NCBI GenBank assembly: GCA_046483495.1
Contig: JAWODC010000067.1
Span: 64,001 to 128,000 of the forward strand
DNA from: Desulfobacterales bacterium
Lineage (GTDB): Bacteria; Desulfobacterota; Desulfobacteria; Desulfobacterales; UBA5616
Direction: 5' to 3'
DNA length: 64,000 bases
Part shown: positions 18,140 through 28,377 of the stretch, one piece after another
Numbering within the stretch: the first letter of the stretch is position 1
Layout: the number at the start of each line of letters is the position of its first letter
Translations under genes and position numbers: made by a program
The notes under the pieces: model-generated
The model's database searches: none
What the model saw: the letters and a program-made list of their open reading frames with translations, nothing else
What the model was told of the DNA's origin: nothing

Positions 18140-21118
18140 ATGAACACGAATCCGGACAAACTGAATCCGGCGCTGGGCCGCGATGAGGTCCTTGGCAATC
18201 ATGCCGTTCGCCGGGATGTATATCTCGAAAATCTCAAGGCTCACTTGTATGAGCTCGAACACCTGCCGACCGGCGCACAGCATATCCATATCAGCAGGGA
18301 TGATGCCGAAAATACATTTGCCGTCGGCTTTAAAACCGTGCCGGCCGATTCAACCGGGGTTGCTCATATCCTGGAACATACGGTTTTATGCGGATCCAGA
18401 AAGTTCCCGGTCCGGGATCCATTCTTTTCAATGTTGAAACGAAGCCTCAACACCTTCATGAATGCCTTCACTGCATCCGATTGGACCCTTTATCCCTATG
18501 CAACGCAGAACAAGAAGGATTACTACAACCTGATGGATGTCTACCTGGACGCCGCCTTTTTCCCCATTATCGGTGAACTGAGCTTTAAACAGGAAGGCCA
18601 CCGGTTGGAAGTGGAACATCATGAAGAGGCACCGGAGGGGTTTTCTCTCCTGCGCAAGGGCGTGGTCTATAATGAGATGAAGGGGGCCATGTCTTCACCA
18701 CAACAGGTGATGTTCCGCTCGTTAATGAACGCGCTGTATCCGGATACGACCTATCAATTCAATTCAGGGGGAGATCCGGCTGAAATACCCAAATTGACGC
18801 ATGAACAGCTCGTAGCGTTTCATCGGCGTCACTACCACCCCGGCAATGCCTTCTTTTATACGTATGGGAACCTCCCCCTGGTGGACCACCTTCGGTTTAT
18901 CGAGGAAAAAGTGCTGCATCATTTTGATAAGATCGATCCGGATACGGAGGTGCCGAGTCAGCCGCGCTGGAGAGAAGAGCGGACCGCGACGTATGCTTAT
19001 CCGCTCAGCAAGTCGGAAGATCCCGAAACAAAGAACCAGGTTTGCATGGGCTGGTTATGCAATGACATAAAAGACACCTTCGATGTATTGAGCCTTTCTC
19101 TGCTGGAGCGTATCCTGTTGGGAAATGCCGCTTCCCCGCTTCGGAAGGCACTGATTGAATCGGGGCTCGGCAGTTCCTTGAGTGATGGAACCGGATATGA
19201 ACGGGACCACCGGGACACCATGTTCGCCTGCGGATTGAAGGATACCGCCGTTTCCGATGCTCCGGCGATCAGGGATATCATTTTTGATACCCTCACCTCC
19301 CTGTGCACCGACGGCATTGACAAGGAAATGATTGATTCGGCGATTCATCAAATGGAGTTTCGCAGAAAGGAGGTCACCAATACACCGTATCCCTACGGCA
19401 TCAAACTGCTGCTTACGTTTGGGGGCAGCTGGTTCCATGGAGCCGACCCGGTGCGGGTGCTGCTTTTCGATGAAGATATACAAAAAATAAAAGCCCGTGT
19501 ATCCCAAGGGCCCTTTTTCGAAAATCTGATCCGCCGGTATTTTTTGGACAATCACCACCGCGTATTCTTTACGTTGACGCCTGATTCCGAAATGGAGGAA
19601 AACGAATCGCGAAGGGTTGCGTCGGAACTCGATCAGATACGGAAAACATTGACGGACGAGGATATTCAAAAGATCCGGTCCGACCAGGAGGCGTTGGCCC
19701 GCCTACAGAATGCCGAGGAAGATCCGTCAAGCCTGCCGACATTGGCAATTGAAGATATACCGCCCGAGATCAAAATGGTCTCGGAAACGCCGGCGCCGCC
19801 GAAGGTGCCGGTGACCGCTTACAATCAGCCGACGTCCGGGATCTTATACAACACAACCGTATTTCATACGCACGGCGTCGATCGGAAATTTATTCCCCTG
19901 ATGCCGGTTTTCAGCATGATCTTTTCTAAAGCCGGGACCCGAAAACACGATTACATGGAGATGGCCCGTCTTATCGACGCCCATACGGGGGGAATCGGTA
20001 TGGCGGCTCATGCCAGGATGGGGTTTACAAACAGTGAATGCATATCCTTCGTATCTTTAAGGGGAAAGTGCCTGAATCGCAATATTGCCGAAATGTTCGA
20101 CCTGCTGGGGGAATTACTGGTTGAATTCGAACCTTCGAACCTCGACCGCATCAGAGTGTTATTGAAGCAGTACAGGGCATCGATGGAAAGCAGCATCGTT
20201 CAAAACGGCCACCGGCTGGCCCTGTCCCTGGCATCTCGAAACTTTTCTCCGGCCCGATGGATGGAGGAAATATGGCACGGCATAACCCAGCTGTTGAGCG
20301 CCAAAAAGATCACCGGCGATTTGGGCGAGGGGGCAATCAGGCATTTGTGTGATGAGCTGGTTGAACTCGGCAAACAGCTGCTTGCCGCCGGCAACATGGA
20401 AACCGCCGTCACCGGTGAGGAAGAAGTGCTGGAGAATTCCCGGCTGAAGGCTGCTGCACTCGGCGCCGAACTGCCTTACGGCCGGTCGGGCGATGAAGCC
20501 CCGAAGGGCTTCGAGGAGATGAACGGCCTTCCGTTCGAAGGCTGGCACACCTCATCGGCTGTTTCCTTTGTTGCCGGTTGTTTCCAAACCGTTCGCATGA
20601 CGCATGCCGATGCGCCGGCGCTGTTCGTCATCAGCAAGATGCTGCGGTCGTTGTACCTTCACCGGGAAATTCGGGAAAAGGGCGGGGCATATGGCGGTTT
20701 TGCCGTTTACAATCTGGAGGACGGCATTTTCGGCCTGGCTTCATACCGGGATCCTCATATCGTCCAGACCCTTAAGGTGTATGATGGGGTCGAGGATTTT
20801 TTGAAGTCCGGCCGATATCATGATGAAGATATCAAGGAAGCCATACTGCAGTGCTGCTCGGAAATCGACAAACCGGATGCTCCGGGTGAGGCGGGACTGA
20901 AGGCATTTTACAGAAGATTAATAGGGATGGGAGATGAACAGCGACGCTCCTTTAAACAAGGCCTGCTTGCGGTGACACGCGAACAGGTTGCGGCGGCAGG
21001 CGAAGCGTATTTCAACAAGGATCGCAACCAGCGGGCCGTAGCGGTGATTTCCAGCCTTTCGCGGCTCGAGGAGGCGGCGAAGAAATTGGATCGGCCGTTG
21101 AGTCTGCATCGGATATGA
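18140..21118 (+). CDS. M16C family metallopeptidase (presequence protease-like)
   Basis: Inverted zinc motif HILEH, FMNAFT, GVVYNEMKG, IREKGGAYG and SYRDP; 992 aa. Confidence 0.95.
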   Translation: MNTNPDKLNPALGRDEVLGNHAVRRDVYLENLKAHLYELEHLPTGAQHIHISRDDAENTFAVGFKTVPADSTGVAHILEHTVLCGSRKFPVRDPFFSMLKRSLNTFMNAFTASDWTLYPYATQNKKDYYNLMDVYLDAAFFPIIGELSFKQEGHRLEVEHHEEAPEGFSLLRKGVVYNEMKGAMSSPQQVMFRSLMNALYPDTTYQFNSGGDPAEIPKLTHEQLVAFHRRHYHPGNAFFYTYGNLPLVDHLRFIEEKVLHHFDKIDPDTEVPSQPRWREERTATYAYPLSKSEDPETKNQVCMGWLCNDIKDTFDVLSLSLLERILLGNAASPLRKALIESGLGSSLSDGTGYERDHRDTMFACGLKDTAVSDAPAIRDIIFDTLTSLCTDGIDKEMIDSAIHQMEFRRKEVTNTPYPYGIKLLLTFGGSWFHGADPVRVLLFDEDIQKIKARVSQGPFFENLIRRYFLDNHHRVFFTLTPDSEMEENESRRVASELDQIRKTLTDEDIQKIRSDQEALARLQNAEEDPSSLPTLAIEDIPPEIKMVSETPAPPKVPVTAYNQPTSGILYNTTVFHTHGVDRKFIPLMPVFSMIFSKAGTRKHDYMEMARLIDAHTGGIGMAAHARMGFTNSECISFVSLRGKCLNRNIAEMFDLLGELLVEFEPSNLDRIRVLLKQYRASMESSIVQNGHRLALSLASRNFSPARWMEEIWHGITQLLSAKKITGDLGEGAIRHLCDELVELGKQLLAAGNMETAVTGEEEVLENSRLKAAALGAELPYGRSGDEAPKGFEEMNGLPFEGWHTSSAVSFVAGCFQTVRMTHADAPALFVISKMLRSLYLHREIREKGGAYGGFAVYNLEDGIFGLASYRDPHIVQTLKVYDGVEDFLKSGRYHDEDIKEAILQCCSEIDKPDAPGEAGLKAFYRRLIGMGDEQRRSFKQGLLAVTREQVAAAGEAYFNKDRNQRAVAVISSLSRLEEAAKKLDRPLSLHRI

Positions 21119-21197
21119 AAGGTTAGGATGGGTTGTGGATTAGGGGGGGAATAAAATGTGGTTCCCATCCGTTTTGACAATTCTTTACGAACTGCGC

Positions 21198-21223
21198 TTC
21201 ACGATTTACGATTCACGATTCAC
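21198..21223 (+). repeat. Short heptamer tandem repeat TTYACGA
   Basis: TTCACGA TTTACGA TTCACGA TTCAC, with another TTTACGA at 21184..21190; overlaps the aspS stop. Confidence 0.5.
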
Positions 21224-23006
21224 CGGCAATGATCTTTATCCGCAAATTCAATTCATCCAGCTGCTCCCGGGTGGCGGAAGACGGGGCATCCGTCATCAGG
21301 CAGCTGGCCTTTTGCGTTTTAGGAAATGCGATCACGTCCCGAATCGATGATTGGCCGCACAATATCATAACAAGCCGGTCAAAACCGAACGCCAGTCCGC
21401 CATGGGGAGGCGCGCCGGATTCCAGGGCGGACAGCAGGAAGCCGAATTTTTCCTCGGCCTCTTCCGGCGATATGCCAAGGGATTTGAATACCCGATCCTG
21501 CAGCGTTTTCTGATGAATACGGATGCTTCCACCCCCGATTTCCGATCCGTTCAACACGAGGTCATAAGCACGGGAACGGACATTCAGCGGATCTGTTTCA
21601 AGCTTATCGATATCTTCAGGAAGGGGTGCGGTAAACGGATGATGCAAGGCCTGATTCCGCTTTTCGGTATCATCATAAGCCATTAAAGGGAAATGTGTGA
21701 TCCACACAAACCGGTGCCGGCTTTCATCGATGAGGCCGAGTTTGCCGCCGAGATGGTTACGCAAATGGCCCAGTGCTTCATTTGCGATTTTGGCCTGATC
21801 CGCCACGAAGAAAACCAGATCTCCCGGTTCCATGTCGATGCGTTCGATCATCTTTTTCTTTTCGTCATCCGAGAAGTACTTGGCTATGGGTGACTGCCAT
21901 GCGTCTTCTTTCACCTTGATCCAGGCCAATCCCCTTGCCCTGTAAATAGCCGCAAATTCGGTCAGATCATCGATTTCCTTTCGCGATAAATCAATGCAAC
22001 CCTTGGCATTCATGGCTTTGACAATGCCGCCTTTTTTAACCACCTCGGAAAACACCTTGAATTGGGATGCACTCACGATGTCGGACACATCCCGCAACTC
22101 CATCCCGAAACGCAAATCCGGTTTATCCAGCCCGTAGCGGTCCATGGCTTCGGCGTAGGTCAGCCTGGGAAACGGCACGTCGAGTCGCGTGCCGAGAACG
22201 TCATCGAACACCGCCGCCATCATGCCCTCGGCCACCGACATGACGTCTTCTTCCACCACGAACGACATTTCGAGGTCGATTTGGGTGAATTCCGGCTGTC
22301 GATCCGCACGAAGATCCTCATCCCTGAAGCATCGTACAATCTGGTAATACCGGTCGAACCCCGAAATCATCAACAGCTGTTTGAACAATTGGGGGGATTG
22401 GGGCAGGGCGTAAAAACAGCCTGGATTCACCCGGCTTGGGACCAGGTAATCCCTTGCGCCTTCCGGTGTGCTTCGGGTCAGAAACGGGGTTTCAATATCG
22501 ATGAATCCCAGAGCGTTCAGGAAGCGGCGGACAATACGGCCCACCTCATGGCGTGTGATGATATTTTTCTGAAGCCTGCTGCGCCGAAGATCCAGGTGGC
22601 GGTATTTCAACCGGACCGGTTCCGACACATCGATATCATCCTCGATCAAAAAGGGCGGGGTTGCGGCCGTGTTGAGAATTCTAAGCTCGATAACGGTTAC
22701 CTCGATGTCACCGGTTTTCAGATTGGAATTCACCATTCCCGGGGGGCGCAAATCGACGTGCCCGCGAACGGCGATTACAAATTCGTTCCGCATCGCATGA
22801 GCCTTTTCATGAATCTGCTGATCGACCTCGGGGTTAAACACGACCTGCGTAATGCCTTCCCGATCCCGTAAATCCACGAAGATAACACCACCGTGATCCC
22901 GTCTGCGTTGAACCCACCCCATCAGCACCACTTCCTCACCCAGATTCGTTTTGTCAAGCTGTCGGCAATGGTGGGTTCTTCGCATATTATTCAAAAAATC
23001 CGTCAA
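21213..23006 (-). CDS. aspS: Aspartate--tRNA ligase (probably non-discriminating)
   Basis: [44 protein letters not shown] and [15 protein letters not shown] start after AAAGGAG. Confidence 0.97.
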   Translation of the reverse strand: MTDFLNNMRRTHHCRQLDKTNLGEEVVLMGWVQRRRDHGGVIFVDLRDREGITQVVFNPEVDQQIHEKAHAMRNEFVIAVRGHVDLRPPGMVNSNLKTGDIEVTVIELRILNTAATPPFLIEDDIDVSEPVRLKYRHLDLRRSRLQKNIITRHEVGRIVRRFLNALGFIDIETPFLTRSTPEGARDYLVPSRVNPGCFYALPQSPQLFKQLLMISGFDRYYQIVRCFRDEDLRADRQPEFTQIDLEMSFVVEEDVMSVAEGMMAAVFDDVLGTRLDVPFPRLTYAEAMDRYGLDKPDLRFGMELRDVSDIVSASQFKVFSEVVKKGGIVKAMNAKGCIDLSRKEIDDLTEFAAIYRARGLAWIKVKEDAWQSPIAKYFSDDEKKKMIERIDMEPGDLVFFVADQAKIANEALGHLRNHLGGKLGLIDESRHRFVWITHFPLMAYDDTEKRNQALHHPFTAPLPEDIDKLETDPLNVRSRAYDLVLNGSEIGGGSIRIHQKTLQDRVFKSLGISPEEAEEKFGFLLSALESGAPPHGGLAFGFDRLVMILCGQSSIRDVIAFPKTQKASCLMTDAPSSATREQLDELNLRIKIIAGES

Positions 23007-23019
23007 ATCAACGCTCCTT

Positions 23020-24318
23020 TCACACCCCGTTTTCCATTGAATTCGTCGGGTGGGCACTACTGTCGCCTTTTAATGTTTCCTCGATGACACGGACCACTTC
23101 GGCCAGCGGAATTTCTTCCTGAGATTTGGTGGACATGTTTCTCAGGACGGCTTTGCCTTTTAGTAATTCGTTTTCTCCTAAAATCAGAACATAGGCCGCT
23201 TTGAGCCGGTCGGCCCGCTTCATCTGGCTTTTTAAGCTTCTGCCGTCGTAATCCATATCGGTCTGAATGCCTGCCTCGGACAGCGTACAAAGCCATTCAT
23301 AGGCCAACTCCCGGCTGTTTTCGTCCAGCGCTGCAATATAACATCCCGGATGCCGGACATGATCTTCTGTTTCATGCTGCAGCAGTTCGGCAAGCCGGTC
23401 AAAACCCACGGCAAATCCTACGGCCGGCTGATCCGGTCCGCCAAGGGCGCCTACCAATCCATCGTATCGGCCGCCGCCTGCGACGGCGCTTTGTGCTCCC
23501 AGCCGCCCGGTTTGAATTTCAAAGGTCGTGCGGGTGTAGTAATCGAGTCCGCGAACCAGTCTACGATTCAGGACAAAGGGGATGTCCTGTTTTGCCAGCT
23601 GGGTCTTTACCGCATCGAAATGCCGGAAACAATCATGGCATAAATGGTCCGATATTGTCGGCGCATTCTGCATGGCTTCGATGCAGCCCGGAACCTTGCA
23701 GTCCAGTACCCTCAGCGGATTTTTTTGGCTGCGGATTTTGCAGTCTTCACAGAGCCCCTGAACCTTATCCGTCAGGTATTCGCTTAATAAAGCCCGATAT
23801 CCGGGCCGGCACCGGGGGCATCCCAGTGAATTCAGTTGTAAATAAAGGTCCGAAACCCGCAGCCGGTTGAAAAACGTCATCAGCATGAAGATGATTTGGG
23901 CGTCGATCAGCGGCGAGGCAATGCCGAACACCTCCGCATTGATTTGGTAAAACTGCCGATAGCGCCCTTTCTGGGGCCTTTCCCGGCGGAACATCGGGCC
24001 GAGGGTATAGAGTTTTTTCACCGGATCGCCGGCATAGAGTTTATGCTGGATATAGGCTCTGACCACCGATGCGGTTGCTTCCGGCCGCATCGTGATCATC
24101 TCGCCTTTGCGGTCGGGAAACGTATACATCTCTTTTTCCACAATATCCGTATGCTCGCCGATACTTCGGGCAAAAAGTTCCGTATGCTCCAGTACCGGAA
24201 TTCGGATTTCTTTGAATCCGAAGTCCTGAAAAAGCGTTACGGCGGTTTTTTCGATATAATGCCACAAATCGGATTCCGGCGGCAGAATATCTTTAAATCC
24301 CCTGATAAGCTGAATCAT
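23020..24318 (-). CDS. hisS: Histidine--tRNA ligase
   Basis: [37 protein letters not shown] and GGGRYDGL. Confidence 0.97.
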   Translation of the reverse strand: MIQLIRGFKDILPPESDLWHYIEKTAVTLFQDFGFKEIRIPVLEHTELFARSIGEHTDIVEKEMYTFPDRKGEMITMRPEATASVVRAYIQHKLYAGDPVKKLYTLGPMFRRERPQKGRYRQFYQINAEVFGIASPLIDAQIIFMLMTFFNRLRVSDLYLQLNSLGCPRCRPGYRALLSEYLTDKVQGLCEDCKIRSQKNPLRVLDCKVPGCIEAMQNAPTISDHLCHDCFRHFDAVKTQLAKQDIPFVLNRRLVRGLDYYTRTTFEIQTGRLGAQSAVAGGGRYDGLVGALGGPDQPAVGFAVGFDRLAELLQHETEDHVRHPGCYIAALDENSRELAYEWLCTLSEAGIQTDMDYDGRSLKSQMKRADRLKAAYVLILGENELLKGKAVLRNMSTKSQEEIPLAEVVRVIEETLKGDSSAHPTNSMENGV

Positions 24319-24570
24319 TACTCATCTCCGGCCCTGTTTCCTCCGGCATTCTTCGAACCGAGACCGGAATTCGAATCACCGGCAGGCTGCAGCCGCAAGA
24401 GGTCGGCCGTTTCTAATCATTCGTAATTACACGTTTTTATTTTAAGATTTCACGCTATAAACAAATATTTTTATCCTAATTCTGTTCGGTAAGTCAATAT
24501 CATTATGCAGTAAATTGAAAAGACCCTCAAGAAGCCCGGCAGTTGCTGCACCGTTTTCATGGGTTTTCGT

Positions 24571-24600
24571 TTGACAGTGCAAGCAGGGTCATAATAATAT
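24571..24600 (+). promoter_or_regulatory. Putative sigma70 promoter
   Basis: TTGACA-N18-TAATAT upstream of the gene at 24655. Confidence 0.4.
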
Positions 24601-24654
24601 ATAATTTTAGTGCCGTAAAAGGGCTGAGCGGCCTGTATATTTGGAGGCAAATCC

Positions 24655-25248
24655 ATGCATGGCGAAACGAATTCCACCGGTGAATTTACCAAAAAACAGG
24701 GACGGGTTTTGGTTGATTTGGCCCGAAATACGATTGCAAACCGATTGGGTAAAACCGGGAGTTCGGAACAACCGGAGACCGCTCTTTCGTCTGACGCCTT
24801 TCAGCGGCGCCGGGGTACCTTCGTGACCTTGAAGAAACAGGGGCAGTTGCGAGGCTGTATCGGAAGTCTTTCAGCCGACGAATCGGTTGCGGAGGGGGTT
24901 CGCCGGAATGCGATCAATGCGGCTTTCCATGACCCGCGTTTTAATCCGCTTTCGGAAGATGAACTTGAACAGGTTACGGTGGAAGTCAGTATTTTATCGG
25001 AACCAAAATCCCTTCACTATGAGGATGCAAACGACCTAGTCGCAAAATTACGGCCGAATATCGATGGCGTTATTCTTCGAAAAGGCTATCACAGCGCGAC
25101 TTTTTTGCCTCAGGTATGGGAACAGCTGAAAAACCCCGAAGACTTCTTGCTTCACCTCTGCAGGAAGGCAGGTTTGGCCGGTGATGCCTGGCGAACGTCC
25201 AAGCTGGAAATTTTGACTTACCAGGTCGAATATTTCGAGGAGCATTAG
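24655..25248 (+). CDS. amrA: AMMECR1-domain protein (AmmeMemoRadiSam system protein A)
   Basis: GTFVTL..QLRGCIG, AAFHDPRF, ATFLPQVW and LCRKAG. Confidence 0.9.
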   Translation: MHGETNSTGEFTKKQGRVLVDLARNTIANRLGKTGSSEQPETALSSDAFQRRRGTFVTLKKQGQLRGCIGSLSADESVAEGVRRNAINAAFHDPRFNPLSEDELEQVTVEVSILSEPKSLHYEDANDLVAKLRPNIDGVILRKGYHSATFLPQVWEQLKNPEDFLLHLCRKAGLAGDAWRTSKLEILTYQVEYFEEH

Positions 25249-25271
25249 CCCGGCGTTTTGTGAAATACGGA

Positions 25272-25481
25272 TCAGTCCACCGCGATCATTACGCTGGAGG
25301 CCTTAATCATGGCGTTGGCCTTTTTGCCGACTTCCAATCCGAGCCTTTTCACCGAATTAATCGTGATAATGGATACGATTTTCTGCCCGTCAGGCAGTTC
25401 GAGCTCCACTTCGGCATTCACGGCTCCCATGGTAATGTCGGAAACCTTACCCGAAATTAAATTTCTGGCGCTTAGTTTCAT
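25272..25481 (-). CDS. Molybdate-binding TOBE/Mop protein (molbindin)
   Basis: SARN, SIITINSV.RLGL and IKASSVM; 69 aa. Confidence 0.92.
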   Translation of the reverse strand: MKLSARNLISGKVSDITMGAVNAEVELELPDGQKIVSIITINSVKRLGLEVGKKANAMIKASSVMIAVD

Positions 25482-25561
25482 GTGCTGCCTCCTCTCGTTT
25501 ATACCGGCGGGTATCCGGAGTGCATCGTGTTTTATTTCCGATGGTCGCGGCGTTTGCCTTT

Positions 25562-26377
25562 CTAATCGGTCTCATCTGAAAAGCGTGCCTGGATCTGTCG
25601 AAATGATGCATTTACCGCATCCCAATCGACAATGTTCCACCATGCGTCGATAAACCTGCCGCGATTGTTTTCATACTGCAGATAATAGGCATGCTCCCAG
25701 ACATCGAGCGGCAGAAGGGGGTGAATGCCCGGACTCACTTTTAAATCGTGATCGTTTACCTGAAAAACAAGAAGTTGATTACCGATGGGCTCATATCCCA
25801 ACAGGGCCCACCCGCTGCCTTTGACGCCGCCGGCCACTTTTGAAAAATAGGTTTTAAAAACATCGAAAGATTCAAAATGCCGCTTGATGGCATCGGCGAT
25901 TTCGTTTTTCGGGGTTCCGCCGGCATTCGGCCCCATGGTGGCCCAGAAAAGTGTATGCAGCACGTGTCCGCCGGCATTGAAGCTCAGGTCTTTTTCCAGT
26001 CCGTGCAACCGGGCCATATCGATGCTTTTCGCATTCCGCAGATCTTCCAGGGCGGAAAGGGTTTTATTCAATCCGTCGACATAGCCCTGGTGATGCTTAT
26101 CATGATGAATTTTCATGATTTTTGAAGAAATATGCGGCTCTAAGGCGTCATAATCATAAGGAAGCTCCGGCAGCCGGTATTCACCATTCTGATAGGCTTG
26201 CGCCAACATCTTCTCCACGACCGGCTTGTTTTTCGGCGCCTTTTTCTCTGCTGCGCCGCCCGTTGTTGTCTTTTCCTGAGCGAAAGCATTCGTGGCGATC
26301 AGACCCAATCCGGCCAGGGCGGCGCCCGGAAAAACTTTGGTGAGAACGGAACGCCGGCTTAAATTTAACTCGTTCAT
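25562..26377 (-). CDS. Fe/Mn superoxide dismutase with twin-arginine signal peptide
   Basis: LPYDYDALEP, HHDKHH, FNAGGHVLH, GSGW and DVWEHAYY; N-terminal SRRSVL...AFA. Confidence 0.92.
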   Translation of the reverse strand: MNELNLSRRSVLTKVFPGAALAGLGLIATNAFAQEKTTTGGAAEKKAPKNKPVVEKMLAQAYQNGEYRLPELPYDYDALEPHISSKIMKIHHDKHHQGYVDGLNKTLSALEDLRNAKSIDMARLHGLEKDLSFNAGGHVLHTLFWATMGPNAGGTPKNEIADAIKRHFESFDVFKTYFSKVAGGVKGSGWALLGYEPIGNQLLVFQVNDHDLKVSPGIHPLLPLDVWEHAYYLQYENNRGRFIDAWWNIVDWDAVNASFRQIQARFSDETD

Positions 26378-26729
26378 GAAGGTCTCCTTTCTTTCGGAAT
26401 TCGGGTATCGCTTTTTTTGTATCAGAGCGGGGGCAAATGCATATAAGGCCGATCATTTATTTTTCTTGCCCATCTGCAGTAATGCGATCTGCATCTGCCG
26501 CGGCATGGACTAGTCGGTGATGACTTATGATGCTCTTCTGCCGAAGAAACCATCATCTATAAGCAACGGCTTTGTCTTGAGGTTTCATGCAGAGTCTGGC
26601 ATAAAATGCATGAAATGGAATGCGATTCATTCGTATTGCGTTAAGGGCCGGAATGAACAGAAAGCCGGGGATTTTAAATGGATCGGCATTGCACGTTAAA
26701 CCGTTTGAAGAACCCCGAGGAGGCGGATC

Positions 26730-27632
26730 ATGGAAAAACCGAACTTTACCATCGTCGGGTGCGGCAGACTGGGAACCGCTTTAGGGAAACACTTGTCCAT
26801 GGCGGGATATCCCTTAAAGGGGCTTACCGGCGGTTCTCTTCGCTCGATACAGGAGACCGCGCGCATTATTGGAACGGACAAAATTTATGAAGTGCCGTGG
26901 GAAATATCCCGCACATCCGATGTGGTATTCATCACGACTCCGGATGGCGTCATCACCCGGGCATGCAGGACACTTGCGGAAAATAACGGTTTCAAGGAAG
27001 GTGCAATCGTTTTGCATTGCAGCGGAGCCCATCCGTCCACAATCCTGCAGCCGGCGCAAAAGGCCAAAGCAATGATCGGGTCCATGCATCCGCTTCAGAG
27101 TTTTGCTTCCAAGACGACGGCGGGCAATCCGTTTGCCGGCATCATCATTTCCGTCGAAGGGGTGGACACCGCCGTAAATGTCGCCCGGCGGATGGCGGAT
27201 GACCTGGGCGCCAAATGCCTGACCATCCCAACGGCGTCGAAAACCCTGTACCATGCATCTGCCGTGGTTGCTTCCAACTACCTGGTGACACTCCTGGAAT
27301 TGGCTTTCAAGCTTATCGGCACGGCCGGCATATCTCCCGATGAGGCGTTTGGCGTGCTGAAACCTCTTGTGGACGGGACATTGGCCAATATCCGGAAAAC
27401 GGGCATTCCCGAGGCGCTCACCGGCCCTATCGCCCGGGGCGACATGGAAACGGTCGGTCGACACGTGACGGAAATCATGGAAAAGATTCCGGAGACAGCG
27501 CCGCTGTATGGCCTTTTAGGCATTTACACGATCAATATAGCCCTTGAAAAGGGGACGCTTAACAAGGATGCCGCAAAGGCCCTTCAAAAAGTTTTGAAAG
27601 AAGCTGTGAATACAATGCCTCCGGGGCCTTAG
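26730..27632 (+). CDS. Rossmann-like plus DUF2520 oxidoreductase (PanG-type ketopantoate reductase candidate)
   Basis: GCGRLG, VLHCSGA, MHPLQSF, YHASAVVASNY and LTGPIARGD. Confidence 0.85.
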   Translation: MEKPNFTIVGCGRLGTALGKHLSMAGYPLKGLTGGSLRSIQETARIIGTDKIYEVPWEISRTSDVVFITTPDGVITRACRTLAENNGFKEGAIVLHCSGAHPSTILQPAQKAKAMIGSMHPLQSFASKTTAGNPFAGIIISVEGVDTAVNVARRMADDLGAKCLTIPTASKTLYHASAVVASNYLVTLLELAFKLIGTAGISPDEAFGVLKPLVDGTLANIRKTGIPEALTGPIARGDMETVGRHVTEIMEKIPETAPLYGLLGIYTINIALEKGTLNKDAAKALQKVLKEAVNTMPPGP

Positions 27633-27642
27633 GCCGATATCG

Positions 27643-28053
27643 TCAGGCTTGATCCGAGTCCTCTGTGGCGGCAGGCAAATTCGCCAGCGCCCGATATAAT
27701 GCGCCGACCGCCAGTTCGGCGCAATGGGTAGAATCCTCGGGCAATGTTTCAAGGAATTCGACTACGGCTTCCGATGTAATACGCCAGGCCTCCCTTATGT
27801 TTTTCCCTTCCGCAAAATGCCCCACCGCATTTGCGCAGGCATGGGTATTCAGGCATCCATCGGCAACGTATGAAACCCGGTGAATGCGGCCGCCGCATGC
27901 CATTACAAAGAACTCGACCGTGTCGCCGCATTCCCCTGTATTTTTCCCATATCCATCCGGGGCGAGTACTTTTTCGGTACGATCCCGACGAAAAGCCATT
28001 TCGAGATAACGGGCGGAATGGGCCGTAAAAAAATTAAATCCTGATCGCGTCAT
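27643..28053 (-). CDS. NifU/IscU-like Fe-S scaffold domain protein
   Basis: ECGD, DGC and HCAELA cysteine pattern. Confidence 0.82.
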   Translation of the reverse strand: MTRSGFNFFTAHSARYLEMAFRRDRTEKVLAPDGYGKNTGECGDTVEFFVMACGGRIHRVSYVADGCLNTHACANAVGHFAEGKNIREAWRITSEAVVEFLETLPEDSTHCAELAVGALYRALANLPAATEDSDQA

Positions 28054-28377
28054 GCGCCAAAAATCTCCTCTTACAAAAACTGCATAAGCTCTAATCTTTA
28101 TACTTCAGGACGACCGATTTCAATACATATTCCGTTTTGCGAACATTTTCCGCCGACGTTTTAAACAAGGAGGAATGTGCGCCTGCAGGCTCATGAATAC
28201 ATTTTGGGAAATCTTCCCGGGGGTGCGGATTTTCGTCCTCGAAAATGAAGCGGATGCCCTATAGACAAGGAGGGTGCAGCCGTTTTTTACAGTGTGAAAA
28301 AAAAAGCTACACCACAACCACCCATTTTTGCACTTTTCGGACTACCAAAGATGCACAATTGCAACCCGCATCCCGGA

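Noticed and set aside
28165..28280. Two ACAAGGAGG motifs and a 29-codon ORF (MCACRLMNTFW...)
   Set aside because: RBS-to-start spacing is too short and there is no recognisable product
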